Shown in pieces: positions 50,423 through 63,319 of a stretch of 64,000 bases of DNA. The notes under the pieces were generated by a model that saw only the letters and a list, made by a program, of their open reading frames with translations, made no database searches and was not told where the DNA came from. The DNA comes from Lama guanicoe (taxonomy: Eukaryota): NCBI GenBank assembly GCA_013239625.1, contig MU055008.1:7338277-7402276 (forward strand), in the 5' to 3' direction. The translations under genes were made by a program, and so were the position numbers. The number at the start of each line of letters is the position of its first letter. The first letter of the stretch is position 1.

Positions 50423-52717
50423 GTGCCTTGGTGATTCCCATGTGGGAAGGAAAAATCATGAAGCCAGGATTTGGGTACCTCTTTTGTTTCATATCATTTA
50501 AAATACTAGTATTTCACTTTTTAAATGAGACAGGATCACCATGCCCTGGTGATGAGGTGTCCTCAGCGGAGTTCTACCCAAGACAGGAGTCAGGATCCAG
50601 GACTAAAGTTCCTTTCTCTCCAGGTCAAATGATTGTGAAAGAAAGGCATTGGGAAAATAAATCTTAGGAGAAGAGAGATCTTCCCTAAGAGACTGGACTT
50701 GGCCTTGGAGGAAAAACTGGGAATAAGGTGGGGAGGAATTAGCCAAAAGGGTGGGAGGTGATTGGTTGCTGAGGGAGGAGACTGGGTTTCAGAACCTTCC
50801 TCCTCTCATCCCCGCTGCCCACCCCCCCAGCATCATCCCCAACCACTCCCTTCTCATCTTTTCCTTAATAATCCCCAATAATTCCAAAATGGTTCCAGGA
50901 GAGCGCTGAGGAAAGAGATGCGGGCCAAAGGCTCGGGGAAAAATACAAATGACCAGTAAATATAAGATGCTCAGTATCATTAGGAACTCCGGAAATGGGA
51001 ATTAAAAACAATGACACAATTCCTTTGGAGGGTTTTCAACAACTGACGGAGATGGTCTCAACTCTTCCAGGTAAGGAGACTTTCAAGCATATAATTCCCT
51101 GGGTCTGCCTTAAGATGGACATGATTCTGATTTCAGAGTTCTTTTTTATGACAGTGAAATAACACTATTGTACCAACAAAAGTTGCAGGTATTTGGTGAT
51201 TTAATAAAAGCGTGGTATCCAGGGTTTATTGAAATCATAACTCAAGGCAGTCTTGAGAGATGATAGTCATTTTTTCTTTGCAGTTATCATGTGGAGATTT
51301 CATTTGGAGAAATCAGAGCCGACAACCAGCACTGAGTTTTGCAAGAGGAAATTATCCCGTCTCTGTGCTACCCAGACCCTTCTCTTTCTTCCTTCCTTGG
51401 ACTCCGCTCCCTGCCTCTGCCCCGACCCAGTCCTGCCTGGTCACGTGTCCACTGGAGTCTGGGCAATAGAACTAATAAGCCGTTCAGGGTACAGTCTTTG
51501 TTAGCAGATTTTTCTCCTTCCATGCCTAGAGAAAACTGAGACGTGGGGGCTCAGCCGAGAACTTCCTGGTTGGGTTCCCCTCTGAAATGAAGCTGAAACC
51601 ACCTGGCATCACCTGTGAGCAGAAATACGCACGATGGAAAGTCCACATATCCCCTCCATTCTTCACTTGTTGAAGAACTGATTTTTATTCGATCTTCTGA
51701 AAACCATTTCCTACTTCCTTCCATTCTCAGTCTCCTATTCCCACCAGGGAAGAAGAAAGTTAAGAAATGAACTCGAAACTTCCAGCATTGCAGAAACGCC
51801 ATAAGGCATTTATTTCTCTTGTGAAGGGGTCTTTCCACATCCTACCTCATAAAGTGGCAGCTCTGCAAAGTGTCAGGAATGCAGGATGAGTGAGGGTCGC
51901 CTTCCACAAGGAACCTGGCAGATCCCGTGGAAAGGTCTGCAATCATCCTGAATGAGATGAAGGGAGAGAAATTCTTGCGTTGCATTAAGACTTCTGGAAT
52001 CATTTCCCAGTATGAATGCAAGATTTGGTGAGATTTCCCTGGCCCCCACCAGTGTGACCATCAGGGAAGTTCACCAAAATATTTCAATCAAATAGTAGGA
52101 TGACGTGAAACAGAAATGCTGGCAAAACCTCCTACTGGGGGCTTCTTTTATAAACTGGTCTAACTCACTACAGTGGTACATTTGGCCTCAAGCCTTTGAA
52201 AATAACAAGCTGGGGTTTACAGCCAGCAGGGAGGACCAGGGCTACGGGTCTTGCCTTGAAATTCCTGTTTGTGTCCGCCCAGGAGCTGTTTGGCACCATG
52301 TGGATGGGGACAGGCTGGGCGCCAGGGCGACATGCCGATTCCCGGCAGCTGATTAGGATGTCTGAGAGGCTCCCTTTCATTCATAGTTTCCCTGCCCTTT
52401 GCCAGCGTGAACTCCTCTGGGAACCTCCCCACTGGTCACGCTGGAAGGGGGCAATGCCAGGGACGCCCCTGCCACTCATACTCCTGGCTCAAACTCCCTG
52501 CGGCTGCAATCAGCTGCCAAAAAGAGAGGTCAGGCTGGGGGAAAGAGGGGGAGGGGGCCCTCAGCAGCAGCGCCAGGTACACCTGTGGCAGCCAAGGCGA
52601 GGGTCCCACATCATACATGTGATCACAGAGGCATCGAGTGGAGGCCAAAGCAGGATTGGGCTGCCTTTTAGGCTTGTGTGTCCTGCTAATGTATCGGTGA
52701 CCAGCCTTCACGGGGGA

Positions 52718-53103
52718 TGTTAAGGATGGACTTGCGTCTTCCCCGCTGCCTCCCCTCTCCAATTCTTATGTTGAAGCCCTAAGCCCTGGTGTGACTGGGT
52801 TTGGAGACAGGGCCTATAGGAGGTAATTAAGGTTAACTGAGGTCATAAGGGTGGGGCTCCAATCCTGTATGTCTGGTGTCATTACAAGAAGAGTCTTTGG
52901 GTCCCTCTCTGCACTGGGACAGAGAAAAGGTCACGTGAGGACACAGCTAGTCAGCCCTCTACAAGCCAGCAAGAGAGGCCTCACCAGAAACTAACCCTTT
53001 GATCTTAGACTTCCAGCCTCCAGGACTGTGAGGAAATAAATGTCTGCTGTCCAAGACACCTATTCTGGGCTATTTTGTTATGGCGGCCCCAGTAGGCCAA
53101 TTG
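52718..53103 (+). mobile_element. MLT1A-like LTR
   Basis: TATGTTGAAGCCCTAA..GGAGGTAATTAAGGTTAACTGAGGTCATAAGGGTGGGG..GACTTCCAGCCTCCAGGACTGTGAGGAAATAAAT. Confidence 0.9.
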
Positions 53104-54411
53104 ACTTTGTGTGAAAACGGGGAAGTCCAGGGAAAACCAGGACAGGTCATTACCCTACCTGGAGGTCCCCATGCCCTCCGCTTCCCCGCTTGGAAAGCCA
53201 CAAGCGTGTGTACTGCAAGCCCCCTCCCACCATGGGAAGGCCATTGCTCTTTGCCTTCTATCTAAAGCGCTCCAGTCAGCGCCGGGCCATGGGCCACCTG
53301 CAGGGACGTGAACTCCCAGGCATTTCCACTCAGTGCCCTGGCAGGTGAAGAGGATCCAGCAGCAGGCGTCCGAAGGTCACAGGTGCAAGCAGGTAGGAGC
53401 GAAGCACGCAGAGGCTGGGGGATGCATGCCCGGAATAGGTAAAAGGGAGCCCTGGAGCTCTGGACACCAAGAATGTCCCCTGCTGCCAATATCCTCCCAT
53501 TTTACAGATGAGCAAAGTGTGGTGCAGGGAGATTAAGCAATTTGCCCGAGACTGACGCGCTTTGGTTTGGGACTCCTTAATTTCAGACTTCTGGCCTCCA
53601 GAACTGCAGGAGAATAATGTTTATGTTCTAAGCCGCTCAGTTGGTGGTACATCTTTACGGCAGCCGCAGGAAGCCAAGCCAGGAGGGCTGTGTAATTACG
53701 GACTCGGGGGCGTGGCTGTAAGGGCCCCAGGCGGTGGAAGGCTGTTCTAGTGAGTGTGGCCAGCAAGGGCAGCTGCTGCTGAGGTCCTGAGGTCCAACTG
53801 CCCTGGCTTCAATGTCCAGGTTAGACAGGGTCTCTATGGAACAACGCTGCCTCTGCAATCAGCCACTGTTAGCTTAAACCTCATCCAGACTGAAGCTGAC
53901 CCCAGCCGGTTCTTTTCCTTCTGAGCCTCAAGAACATGTGTTAGGAATCAGGATGCCCTGTGGGCCTCCTAGTGTGATAGTTCCAAGCCTGGAGGCTTAT
54001 TGCACCAATAAGCTGAAAAGGAGCATCACGTATCAGGAAGCCTTGGTTCTCCCCTTCGGCGTCCCCGCTCCAGGTCATCAGGCTCAGGAGGTCACCCAGG
54101 ACACAGGAGACCCAGTGACCTGCTGGCTTTGCAGCCTGGGCACAGTGAGCACCACAAGGCTGCTCCTTGTAAGACCACTCATGGCAGGGAAGCCACAGCG
54201 CCTCAGAGGAGTATGAGGCAGCCAAGGATAACAGTATTTATAGGGAGGTTTTAGAGGCAGCGCCAAATGCTTTTGTTATGTATCTATATTTTGTTAAGTA
54301 AATAAAGCTAGTGGCCACACAAATTGCATATGCAATTAAAAAGAAAAAGAAAATTTAAAAAAATCATGTATCTCAATATTGTCCTGTGGTTATATAAGAT
54401 GTTATCACTGG

Positions 54412-55133
54412 ACCCAAACACTAGGATGACTATTAACAAAAAGGTAGAATGTAGCAAGTGTTGGCAAGGATGTGGAGAAACTGGACGCTTTGTGTGTCTC
54501 TGATGGGAATGTAAAATGGTGCCACTGCTGTGGTCAACAGTGTGGCAGTTCCTCAAAAAACTAAACATGAAATTACCATGTGATCCAGCCATTCCACTTC
54601 CGGGGATACACCCAAAGGAAGTGACAGCCAGATCTTGAAGAGACATCTGTACACCCGTGTTTATAGAAGCATCAATCACAATAGCCAAGAGGTGAAAGCA
54701 ACCCAAGTGTCCATCAACAAATGACTAGATAAAGAGAATGTGGTCCATTCCTGCAATGCGCTATTATTTAGCCTCAACAAGGAAGGAAATTCTGACAGGT
54801 GCTACAGGCCAGGTGAAACTTGAAGACACTATGCTAAGTGAAATAAGCCAGTCTCCAAAGGACAAACACTGTCTGCTTCCACATCTGTGAGGTACCTAGA
54901 ACAGTCAAATTCAGAGACAGAAAGTAGAATGGCTGTGGTCAGGGGCTTGGGAGAAGGGTGATGGGGAGTTCTTGTTCAATGGGTACCGTGTTTTAGTGTT
55001 GTACGATGGATGGTGGTGATGGTTGCCCAACGATGTGAATGTACTGGAGGACACTGAATGGGACAGTTACAAGTGCTTCAACATGGTCAATTTTATGTTG
55101 TGTATATTTTACCGCAATTTTAATGAGTAAAAA
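54412..55133 (+). mobile_element. L1MB-like 3' end inserted in an older L1 3' UTR
   Basis: CAAGTGTTGGCAAGGATGTGGAGAAACTGG..CAACCCAAGTGTCCATCAAC; imperfect 15-bp TSD AGATGTTATCACTGG (54397) / GGATATTATCACTGG (55134). Confidence 0.92.
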
Positions 55134-55541
55134 GGATATTATCACTGGGGAAAACTGGGGAGGGTATGTGGTACTCTCCATACTGGTTTTGCAACTTATA
55201 GGAGCCTAAAATTTTTTTTAATAAAAAGTCAAAAAACTAAATAAAGTGAGCAAATCCTATATGGGTAAGAATGTATTTATGAGTGCATAGGAAAGAATTA
55301 TGAGAGGATACACCCAATGTTTTTAGACGTGGGATTTGGGGGAAACATTCTTCTCCTTTTTTTCTTATCTTCTAGGCTTGTTAAAATTCAGCTGTATTAT
55401 TCCAATTAGGGGGGAAGAAACCCTTTCTTTTCAAAAGGCTTCTGCTATTTTTCTAGTCAAATGCAGAAACACGAGTCTCTGATATTAAAGGGCCCAAACA
55501 GAGTCTCATTTTTAGACCTCCAGCAACTTGCAAACAACTGA

Positions 55542-55601
55542 TTTATAAATATAGATTTATAGATTTATAAATTTATAGAAATATAAATCTATATTTATAA
55601 A
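55542..55601. repeat. 60-bp AT-rich quasi-palindrome
   Basis: Perfect 20-bp arms TTTATAAATATAGATTTATA / TATAAATCTATATTTATAAA around a concentric TATAAATTTATA. Confidence 0.95.
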
Positions 55602-55966
55602 CACAAAGAAAATTTTGTTGAAGGAACTATAATCACCGTCCCTCTAATCAGTGGTGAGACGAAAACCAGGCAATTGCTGAAAAGAAAACAAAGGTGTCGG
55701 TCATAGCCCAGGCTAAGGGCGGGATGCTCTCTTCTGAACAGGAAAGAATGTCATTGTCACCAACAGACTAGTGACCTTGTCACCGGCCATCAGGAAGCTT
55801 TTCTAGGAAGGTCAATCACTCCATGGGGGCTCTGGTGTCTTTCATCAGACTCCTCTGACCTTTTCCAGGCCCCCCCATCACATCGCACCCCACAGACTGT
55901 GGAGAGAGGTTTTTTCCAGAGGAAACATCATTTTGAGCAAAAATTCTCATTTCCTAGCTGACTGGC

Positions 55967-56281
55967 TATTGTAGGTTAAATTGTGTTCCCCCCTAAAAAA
56001 GAGAAGTTGGAGTCCTAACTCCCGGTACCAAAGAATGTGACCTTATTTGGCGACAAGGTCCCTACAGAGATAATCTCCCTGCCAAGGAGAGCCCAAGACC
56101 AGCAGGAGCTAGGAGGCAGGCCTGGGAGACCCGCTCACCGCCCTCCGGAGGAACTGAACCTGTCAGCTCCTTGGTCTCAGGATTGTGGCCTCCAGCCCCG
56201 TGAGACGGTTTGTTTGCTGTTCAAGCCTCCCGGCCTGTGGTATGTGGCACTTTGTCATGGGAGCCCCGGGAAACTGACACA
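55967..56281 (+). mobile_element. MLT1B-like LTR with internal deletion
   Basis: GTTGGAGTCCTAACTCCCGGTACC..GAATGTGACCTTATTTGG..GGAAACTGACACA. Confidence 0.8.
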
Positions 56282-57169
56282 CTGGGCTTCACTGCATCTT
56301 CCCAGCGGCTGCTTTCCCGACAAGCCCACATCAGGCCACCGAAGGGCAGCCTCTGCCTTTGCGTCAGCTGTTGTTAAATTCTCCTTTCTGGACCCAAATC
56401 TGAAATGGCTGTTTTCCCATGTCAGCCTCAAAGACACAAGTTTGTCATCTCCAGCCCTTTTGCATTATTATTTTTCAAGTCTGATGGATTGCTCACCAAA
56501 AAACTGACTCCTAATACTGACAACCACTTGGAAGGCCCCTCCCCCTGTTCATCATGGCTATAGCCCAAAACAGGGACCACGGGACCTGATGACCTTCAGG
56601 ACCCGAGACACCAGCCACACTGGGAGGCCAAAGGACAGGACATGTGGCCCTGGGGTAACCTTTCTAAACAGCTGTTTTGCAGTCTTGCATTTCCCAGGTC
56701 AGTGGGGTGCTTGGGCATGGCCCCAGATCAGGGCCCCAGGTTCCTGCCCTGGGAGGACTGGCGGGTGGCCCAAATCCACAGCGGATGGTTTGGCCCAGAA
56801 TCAAGGGAATTCACAGCCCACACATCACAATGGGGAGGGTAGTTGGTGGGTCCAAATGGGATCACGAGCTCCAGCTCTGAGTGGTTTGGCAACATGAAAA
56901 ACTCACAATTCTAACATCTCCAAACCTCAAACCTCCCCTGTGTGGGAAGGAAGGACCTGCAGGGCGCTTTCCCCACCCCGATTCTGCAGGGCTGCCCTGT
57001 CTGTGCATCCCGACCTCCAGCCCCTTTAAAGTGGTGCGTGTTGCTCTCTGGGCTTGGGGGGGCGGTGGTTACGGGGGGAAACAACTTGCTGTGCCCTTTT
57101 CTCTCTAAACTACTAAATTCTTGAGCGATCTCAGCACACATCAAGTCCAGCCAAAGATCGGGTCTTAAA

Positions 57170-59420
57170 GCCAGGGTCAGATCTCTATTCATGTCATTGT
57201 GCAACAAATGTTGGCCAAATGCCTATCATGCTCCAGGCCCAGCTGGGCCTGGGAATACAAGATGAGAAAGCTATGGTTCTGAAGCTTGAAGAGCAGTTGT
57301 GAGTAGAAGGGGCAAGACAGATGCAGAAACAGACAACTGTAAACTAACATAGTAAGTTAGAGTGCTCAGGATATGCACCGACAGCTACGGGAGAATCAGA
57401 GAGGGCCACTGCGTTTGACTAAATAACGCCCTCCCCTCAAAGATCTTAATAATCCCCAGAACCTATAGGCGTTACTTTTTATGGCAAAAGGAACTTAGCA
57501 GATGTGATTAAACTAAGGATGTAAGGATGTTACCACGGGGGAGAGGGTCCTGGATTATCTAGGGGGGCCAGTTAATCACAAAGGTCCTTACAAAATGGAA
57601 GGGGAGGGTCAGGGTCAGGGTCAGAAAAAAGAGGTGTGATGGAGGCCGAGATAGGTGCTGAAGTGAGGCACTCTGAAGTGGCCAAGCCAAGGAATACAGG
57701 CGGCCACTAGAAGCTGAAAAGACAGAAAAACAGATTCTACCCTTCAGAGACCCGAGAAGAAACCAGCCCTGACAGCACCTTGAGTTTAGCCCCATAGGAC
57801 TCATGTCAGACCTCTGACCTCCAGAGATGTAGGAGACTACATTTGTATCATTTAAGCAGCTAAGTTTGTGGTTGTTTGTTACAGCAACAATAAAAAACAG
57901 GCATGTGAGGACACAGTCCAGGAGGGTGAGAATGGGGACAATGATATCTCCTTGGGGACAGAACATTGGCCATAGTCTTAGAAAATATGCAGGAAAAGTG
58001 AGAGAGAGGGCCCACCCAGCACAGGAGACAGCAGATACATGCAGGGAAATATGAGCAGCTGAGCATGGCTAAAGCACGAAGTTATAGGCAAGGAACGGTG
58101 AGAGTTGAGCTTGAAAGGCAGGCAGGGGCCAGATTGCACTGAGCCCTGTGTTCTTGCTAAGCAGAGAGGAGTCTAGCCTATGGGTGTTAGGGAGCCAATG
58201 AGGGGCCCTAAGCAGGTTAGTGACATGGCCAGAGTTTAACATTAGGAAAAGCAGTGGCCAAGTGGACAAAGGACGGATTTCAGATCAGTTAGATAGTTGT
58301 TGCAATAAGCTTGACTCAAAATGATAAAGACTGTTGTAAGGGCTATTGAAAGGAAGTGGTTACAGTGAAAGGATGAAAAAAGCAAGATCCTGAGACTGGT
58401 TGAACATTGGAGCCAAAAGAGAAGAATCAAGCATGACAGCCAGGATTCTGGCCCCGGGGACCTCGGTGCAGAAGAAAGGAGAGAATAGAGGAAAGAGAGC
58501 AGATTTAGGCGGGACACTGGTCCTTCTGGAGCTTTACATGCTGACTTTGAGGTACCTAAGAGGTAGCTGAGATTTCCAGCCAGAAATTGGACACTCACGT
58601 CTGAAGTTCAGGAGGATCTAGACGTTAACAACTTCGGGAGTTTAAACAAAGAAAGTTGAGTGTGATGGCTGGGAGGTAGGGGTGGGAGGTGGGACACCAA
58701 AATTTGAAAGCAGGTGAGAGAAGAGGAAATCCAGAGGGAGACCAAGAAGGGAGAGTCAGAGATGAGAGGAAAATTACAGAACTGGGAGAGTAGAGAGTTT
58801 CTAGGAAAAAAAGTGTATGAGTCAGCAAAGGCTGCTGTAACAAAATACCACAGACTGCTGGAAGTCAGGGTTGGTCAGCAGGGTTGGTGTCTCCTGAGGT
58901 CTCTCTCCACGGCTTGTATAGATGTCAGTCTTCTCACTGTGTCCTTACATGGTCTTTCCTCTGTGTTTTTGCATCCAGGGTGTATTTTCCTCTTCTTATA
59001 AGGCCCCCTAGTTTTACCCTGTTTGGGGCCCACCGTTATATCCCCATTTACCCTTAATTACCACCTTAAAAGTCCTCTCTTCAAAGTACAGTCACATTGG
59101 GGTTAGGGAATTTGGGAGGTGGGGGGACGTGATTCAGTCCGTAAGAGAGAGAGTCCAGTGAAATAGACAAAAAACATTCATTGTGTTTGGTAAGGAGGAA
59201 GTTTCTAATGTTGCTGGAGAACACTTTCAGGGAAGAGACAGGAGAAGATGCCAGAAGACAGTGATGCCTGCTGGATGGAACAGCATGAGGATACGGAGGC
59301 AGCGAATGTGAGGGCATCTTTAATAAATTTGGATCTATTGGGATGAGAAGTGGAAGAGACAGAACAGATCCAAGTTGGAACTGTGTGGGGTCAATGTAGG
59401 GCAGGACTGGAGTGGCTCAC
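57170..59420 (-). mobile_element. L2 remnant interrupted by MLT1D-like (about 57410-57905, +) and MLT1A-like (about 58815-59145, -) LTRs
   Basis: Antisense L2 motifs (GGCAGGGGCCAGAT, GGGAGCCAATGAGGGG..TAAGCAGG, GAATCAAGCATGAC); MLT1D GGCAAAAGGAACTTAGCAGATGTGATTAA. Confidence 0.75.
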
Positions 59421-59652
59421 TGTGGTGTACGGACAGCTTTGTGGGGAACTTCTGGGGGTGGCTTCTCGCCAGATGACATGAGGTNNNNNNNNNNNNNNNN
59501 NNNNNNNNNNNNNNNNNNNNNNNNNNNNNNNNNNNNNNNNNNNNNNNNNNNNNNNNNNNNNNNNNNNNNNNNNNNNNNNNNNNNNNNNNNNNNNNNNNNN
59601 NNNNNNNNNNNNNNNNNNNNNNNNNNNNNNNNNNNNNNNNNNNNNNNNNNNN

Positions 59653-60078
59653 AATTGGCTCCTGCGATTATGGAGACAGAAGTCCCACAGTCTGCCCTCT
59701 GCAAGCTAGAGACCCAAGAAAGCTGGTAATATAATTTCATCCAAATCCAAAGACGTGAGAACCAGAGAAGCATCTGGTGTAAATCTTAGTTCAATAGCCA
59801 GAGAAGATGAGATGAGGTGTCCCAGCTGAGCAGTGAGGCAGTAAAAAAAAAAGGGGGGGGGGGGGTAGTATCTCTCCTACCTCCGCCTTTGGTTCTCTCC
59901 AGACCCTCAATGGTTGGATGACGCCCACCCACATCGGGGAGGTGAGCAGCTGCTTTACTGAGTTCACTGATCTGAATGTTAATCTCATCTGGAAATGCCG
60001 TCACAGACACACCCAAAATAATGATGAATCTGGGCAGTTTGTGGCCAGACACTTTGACAAGTAAAATTAATCATCACA
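59653..60078 (-). mobile_element. MLT2B-like ERVL LTR (other end in N gap 59485-59652)
   Basis: AATTGGCTCCTGCGATTATGGAG..TCTGCAAGCTAGAGACCCAAGAAAGC..AATGTTAATCTCATCTGGAAA..AAATTAATCATCACA. Confidence 0.9.
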
Positions 60079-61237
60079 GACAAGATAAACACTTCTACGT
60101 GTTTGCTCCATGAATATCTGCCCATCCACTGAAGTGGATTTCTGTGAATCCACAAGGGTGGCCTGTGAGACTGGAAGTCAAAGACAGATCTTCAAAAGGG
60201 CTTGCTGTAACCTGTCTGCCTGGAGGCAGCAGGACCTCCTACACCAAGCAGGCAGGTCTGTGCCAGAGGGTTGAAGAGGACGTGACTGCTGCTTCATGCC
60301 TGAGTAAAAATGATGGTGGTTTTAGGAGCAAAGAGTCTCAAATTTTTGCATTAAAAAAAAACAAAAAAAAAAAAAAACAATGAGCAAGCTAGACATTTGA
60401 CTTTTTTTTTTAAAGCATTTGGAAAAAAAGCCAAGAACAGATGGCAAAGAAGAGAGTTTTTGATTGTCATGGAAGATTTAAGAAAGGAAGGAGACGGTTC
60501 AGCGATGGAGCAGGGGGGAGTTGCCTTGTCACTCAGAAGAGCAATGGAAATGCTGAAAGGTCAGCGCGTTGGACAATTAATTGTGAGCATGACGGCTCAA
60601 GTGTTACATTCAGATGCAAGAGGACTTGAACACCAGGGAAATTTCTGTGAAAACTTGCCAAGGATTTTGATTGATGAACTTAAAAGCAAAAACCCTTGGC
60701 ATTTGCTCTGACTTTTCAAGGGGTGTTTGAAGAAATAAAAAAACCACACAAGTTTTTGAGAAAAATAGTAACTGATCATGCAACATGGTGTTTCTATTAT
60801 GATCCAGAAGCTTAAGTGTCAACGTTTGTGGTAGAAAACTTCAACAACCCTAAGTCTGAGGAAAAACACTCATTTCAAAAGCAAAAAGGAAGTGTTCATT
60901 TGTTCTTTCACATCAGTGACATTGTTCATGCTCCATTCATCTCACAAAAGCTGAGAGTTGATCAGATTTTTTTTTTGCATAAACACAAAAGTGATTGGGA
61001 AATGTTAAATACTTTTTTTAAAGACTGTCTATGATTTGCATCTCACCACTGGCATTGCTTTGGCTCACCACCTACTTTTTGGCACATCGTTATTTGACTC
61101 ACTTTATTACCAAACTGTTTCACCAGATAAGATTCCAAATGACTTTTGGGTGTTGAAGTATTTTTTAAATCCACTCAGAAAGGAATTGGACTTGACACTG
61201 TTGGTGGCATTCGGAAGTGCATAATGAATCAGAGCTC

Positions 61238-62214
61238 CTAAGAAAAATGGCTGTTTCTAGGACTGGGGCAGAGAAAACACAAGATGAGCCTGGAGCACCT
61301 AGGAGTGCCGGAAAATAAGGGAGTGCTCAAAAAACAAAGAAAGGAAGCATATCAAGGGGACACAGGAACAAATCTGAAAGTTATTGATGGACAAGACTGG
61401 ACCAATTTGGGCAACAAAACAAAGTGTGCATATTGAGTTATAACTTAAAGTACAGAGCAGATGTCCCTGCGTCCATACGGATATTAATAAGTGATTGAAT
61501 GAATAAATAAATGAGAGGAAAGAGACACATCTTCCTTAAAGAAGAATTTCAAATAATGTGTGTAATACTCCTTCTTCCAGGAAGTAGAGCTCAATTCCAC
61601 CTCCTTTCACTTAGTCACTGATTTCCACAAACTATAGTAGAGAAAGGGAAAAACAGGAACTTGACAATGGAGAAACCTGGCAAAATCTACCTTAACCAAA
61701 TAACTGAGGGCCATGTCATCATGGTGCCATGTGGCTCCCATGTACTCCCTAACACGATGTGATGAGGAGAGCACTTCTCCTCTGTGGCAGTCCTTACAAG
61801 GACCCATACACACCCCAGGCTAATTGAGGAAAACAAAAGACAAGCCCAGATTAGTGACATTCTACAGGACACCTGGTCAGTACTCCTCCAGACTCTCAAG
61901 TTCCTGAAAAATAGCAAAAGACTGAGAAACTGCCACGGACCAGAGGAGACTAGGGTGACATGACAACTAAATGCAATGTGGTTCCCTGGATTGGATTCTG
62001 GAAGAGAAAGAAGACATTCATGGGAAAACTGGTAAGATCCAAACAAAGTATCTAGAGTTTAGTTAATAGTAATGCACCAACATCAGTTTCTTAGTTGTGA
62101 CAAATACACTCTGATAATGTAAGATGTTAACAATGGAGGAAACTGGGTGAGGAGTTTACAGGTGATGGGAATTCTTTGTACTATCTTTGTGAATCTAAAA
62201 TTTTTCCAAAATAA
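61238..62214 (+). mobile_element. L1MC 3' end
   Basis: AAAAATGGCTGTTTCTAGGACTGGGGCAG..CAAGATGAGCCTGGA..GACAACTAAATGCAATGTG..GTAAGATGTTAACAAT. Confidence 0.9.
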
Positions 62215-62807
62215 GAAAAGTCTAATTCAAAANNNNNNNNNNNNNNNNNNNNNNNNNNNNNNNNNNNNNNNNNNNNNNNNNNNNNNNNNNNNNNNNNNNN
62301 NNNNNNNNNNNNNNNNNNNNNNNNNNNNNNNNNNNNNNNNNNNNNNNNNNNNNNNNNNNNNNNNNNNNNNNNNNNNNNNNNNNNNNTTTGCAGCAATATG
62401 AATGGACCTGGAGATTATCATACTAAGTGAAATAAGTAAAATATCAAGTGAAAGACAAATATCGAGTATTATCACTTTTATGTGGAATCTAAAGAAATGA
62501 CACAAATGAACTTATTTACAAAGCAGAAAGAGACTCACAGAGATAGAAAGCAAACTTATGGTTACCAAAGCTAGCATCAGGGGGAAGATAAATCGGCAGT
62601 TTGGGATTAGCAGATACAAATTACTATATACAGAATAGACAAATGACAGGTTTCTACTGTACAGCACAGGGAACTATATTCAATAGCTTGTAATAACCTA
62701 AAATGAAAAAGAATATGAAAGAGAATATGTATATGTACAACTATGCTGTACACCAGAAACTAATACTATATTGTAAATCAACTATGCTTCCATTAAAAAT
62801 TTTTTTT
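62215..62807 (+). mobile_element. Young artiodactyl-type L1 3' end containing N gap 62233-62386
   Basis: GGACCTGGAGATTATCATACTAAGTGAA..GCACAGGGAACTATATTCAAT..GCTGTACACCAGAAACTAA; flanked by AAT(T)TTTCCAAAATAA near 62199 and 62808. Confidence 0.9.
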
Positions 62808-63319
62808 AATTTTCCAAAATAAAATCATTTTTTAAAAAAAGGCTACTATGAATTCCAAGAGCAATACCAACACAGAATTCCACAATAACAATTTGAAAAA
62901 TGGCAGGAACACTAGATAGAATATGAGTTCAATCTCTCAAGGGGCAGAACTCGACTGTTTTTGTTTTATTTCGGTGAGGCATCTCTCCCTAGGAAGTGAG
63001 CAACTTGTCCATAGTTCTTCAATGCCAATCAAGGCTGAGAACGCAGGTCCCCCACTCTGGTGCTCTGTGCAACAGCACAACACCACTGCCACAGGATAGC
63101 TTACACTTCTATAGCACTTGCTTTGTACCCAACTGTTCTAAGCATCTTGCATATGGTAACCATTTAATCCTCATTTACCCCATTACCCTGAATTCCTATT
63201 TTGCAGAAGATTCTAGATTTGATGCATCTTCCACTGCACCATGCTAAATGGCATGAGTGGAGAGTGGGTTTCATGCCTCCATGTGGAGTTTGTACCAGCC
63301 GTTGCTAGCCCTTCATCCT

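Larger units (their letters stand above)
60150..62960 (+). mobile_element. Decayed mariner (DD34D, MARNA-related) DNA transposon, interrupted about 61235-62850 by L1s
   Basis: Ordered transposase motifs: EQRV..KF (60326), MAKKRVFDCHGRFKKGR (60441), LPRILIDELK (about 60655), FLRKIVTDHATWCFYYDPE (about 60753), FFHISDIVHAPF (about 60904), SPDKIPNDFW (about 61120), KSTQKG; after the L1s RAIP..FEKWQEH..ISQG (about 62858-62943); outer ends uncertain. Confidence 0.85.

Noticed and set aside
60397-61224. Domesticated SETMAR-like transposase gene
   Set aside because: Multiple frameshifts and stops, mutated catalytic motifs and interruption by L1s
710-62386. Five N runs (710-875, 11792-11979, 34306-34553, 59485-59652, 62233-62386) and the X-rich ORFs across them
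   Set aside because: All lie in or next to interspersed repeats; they are assembly or masking gaps with no readable content
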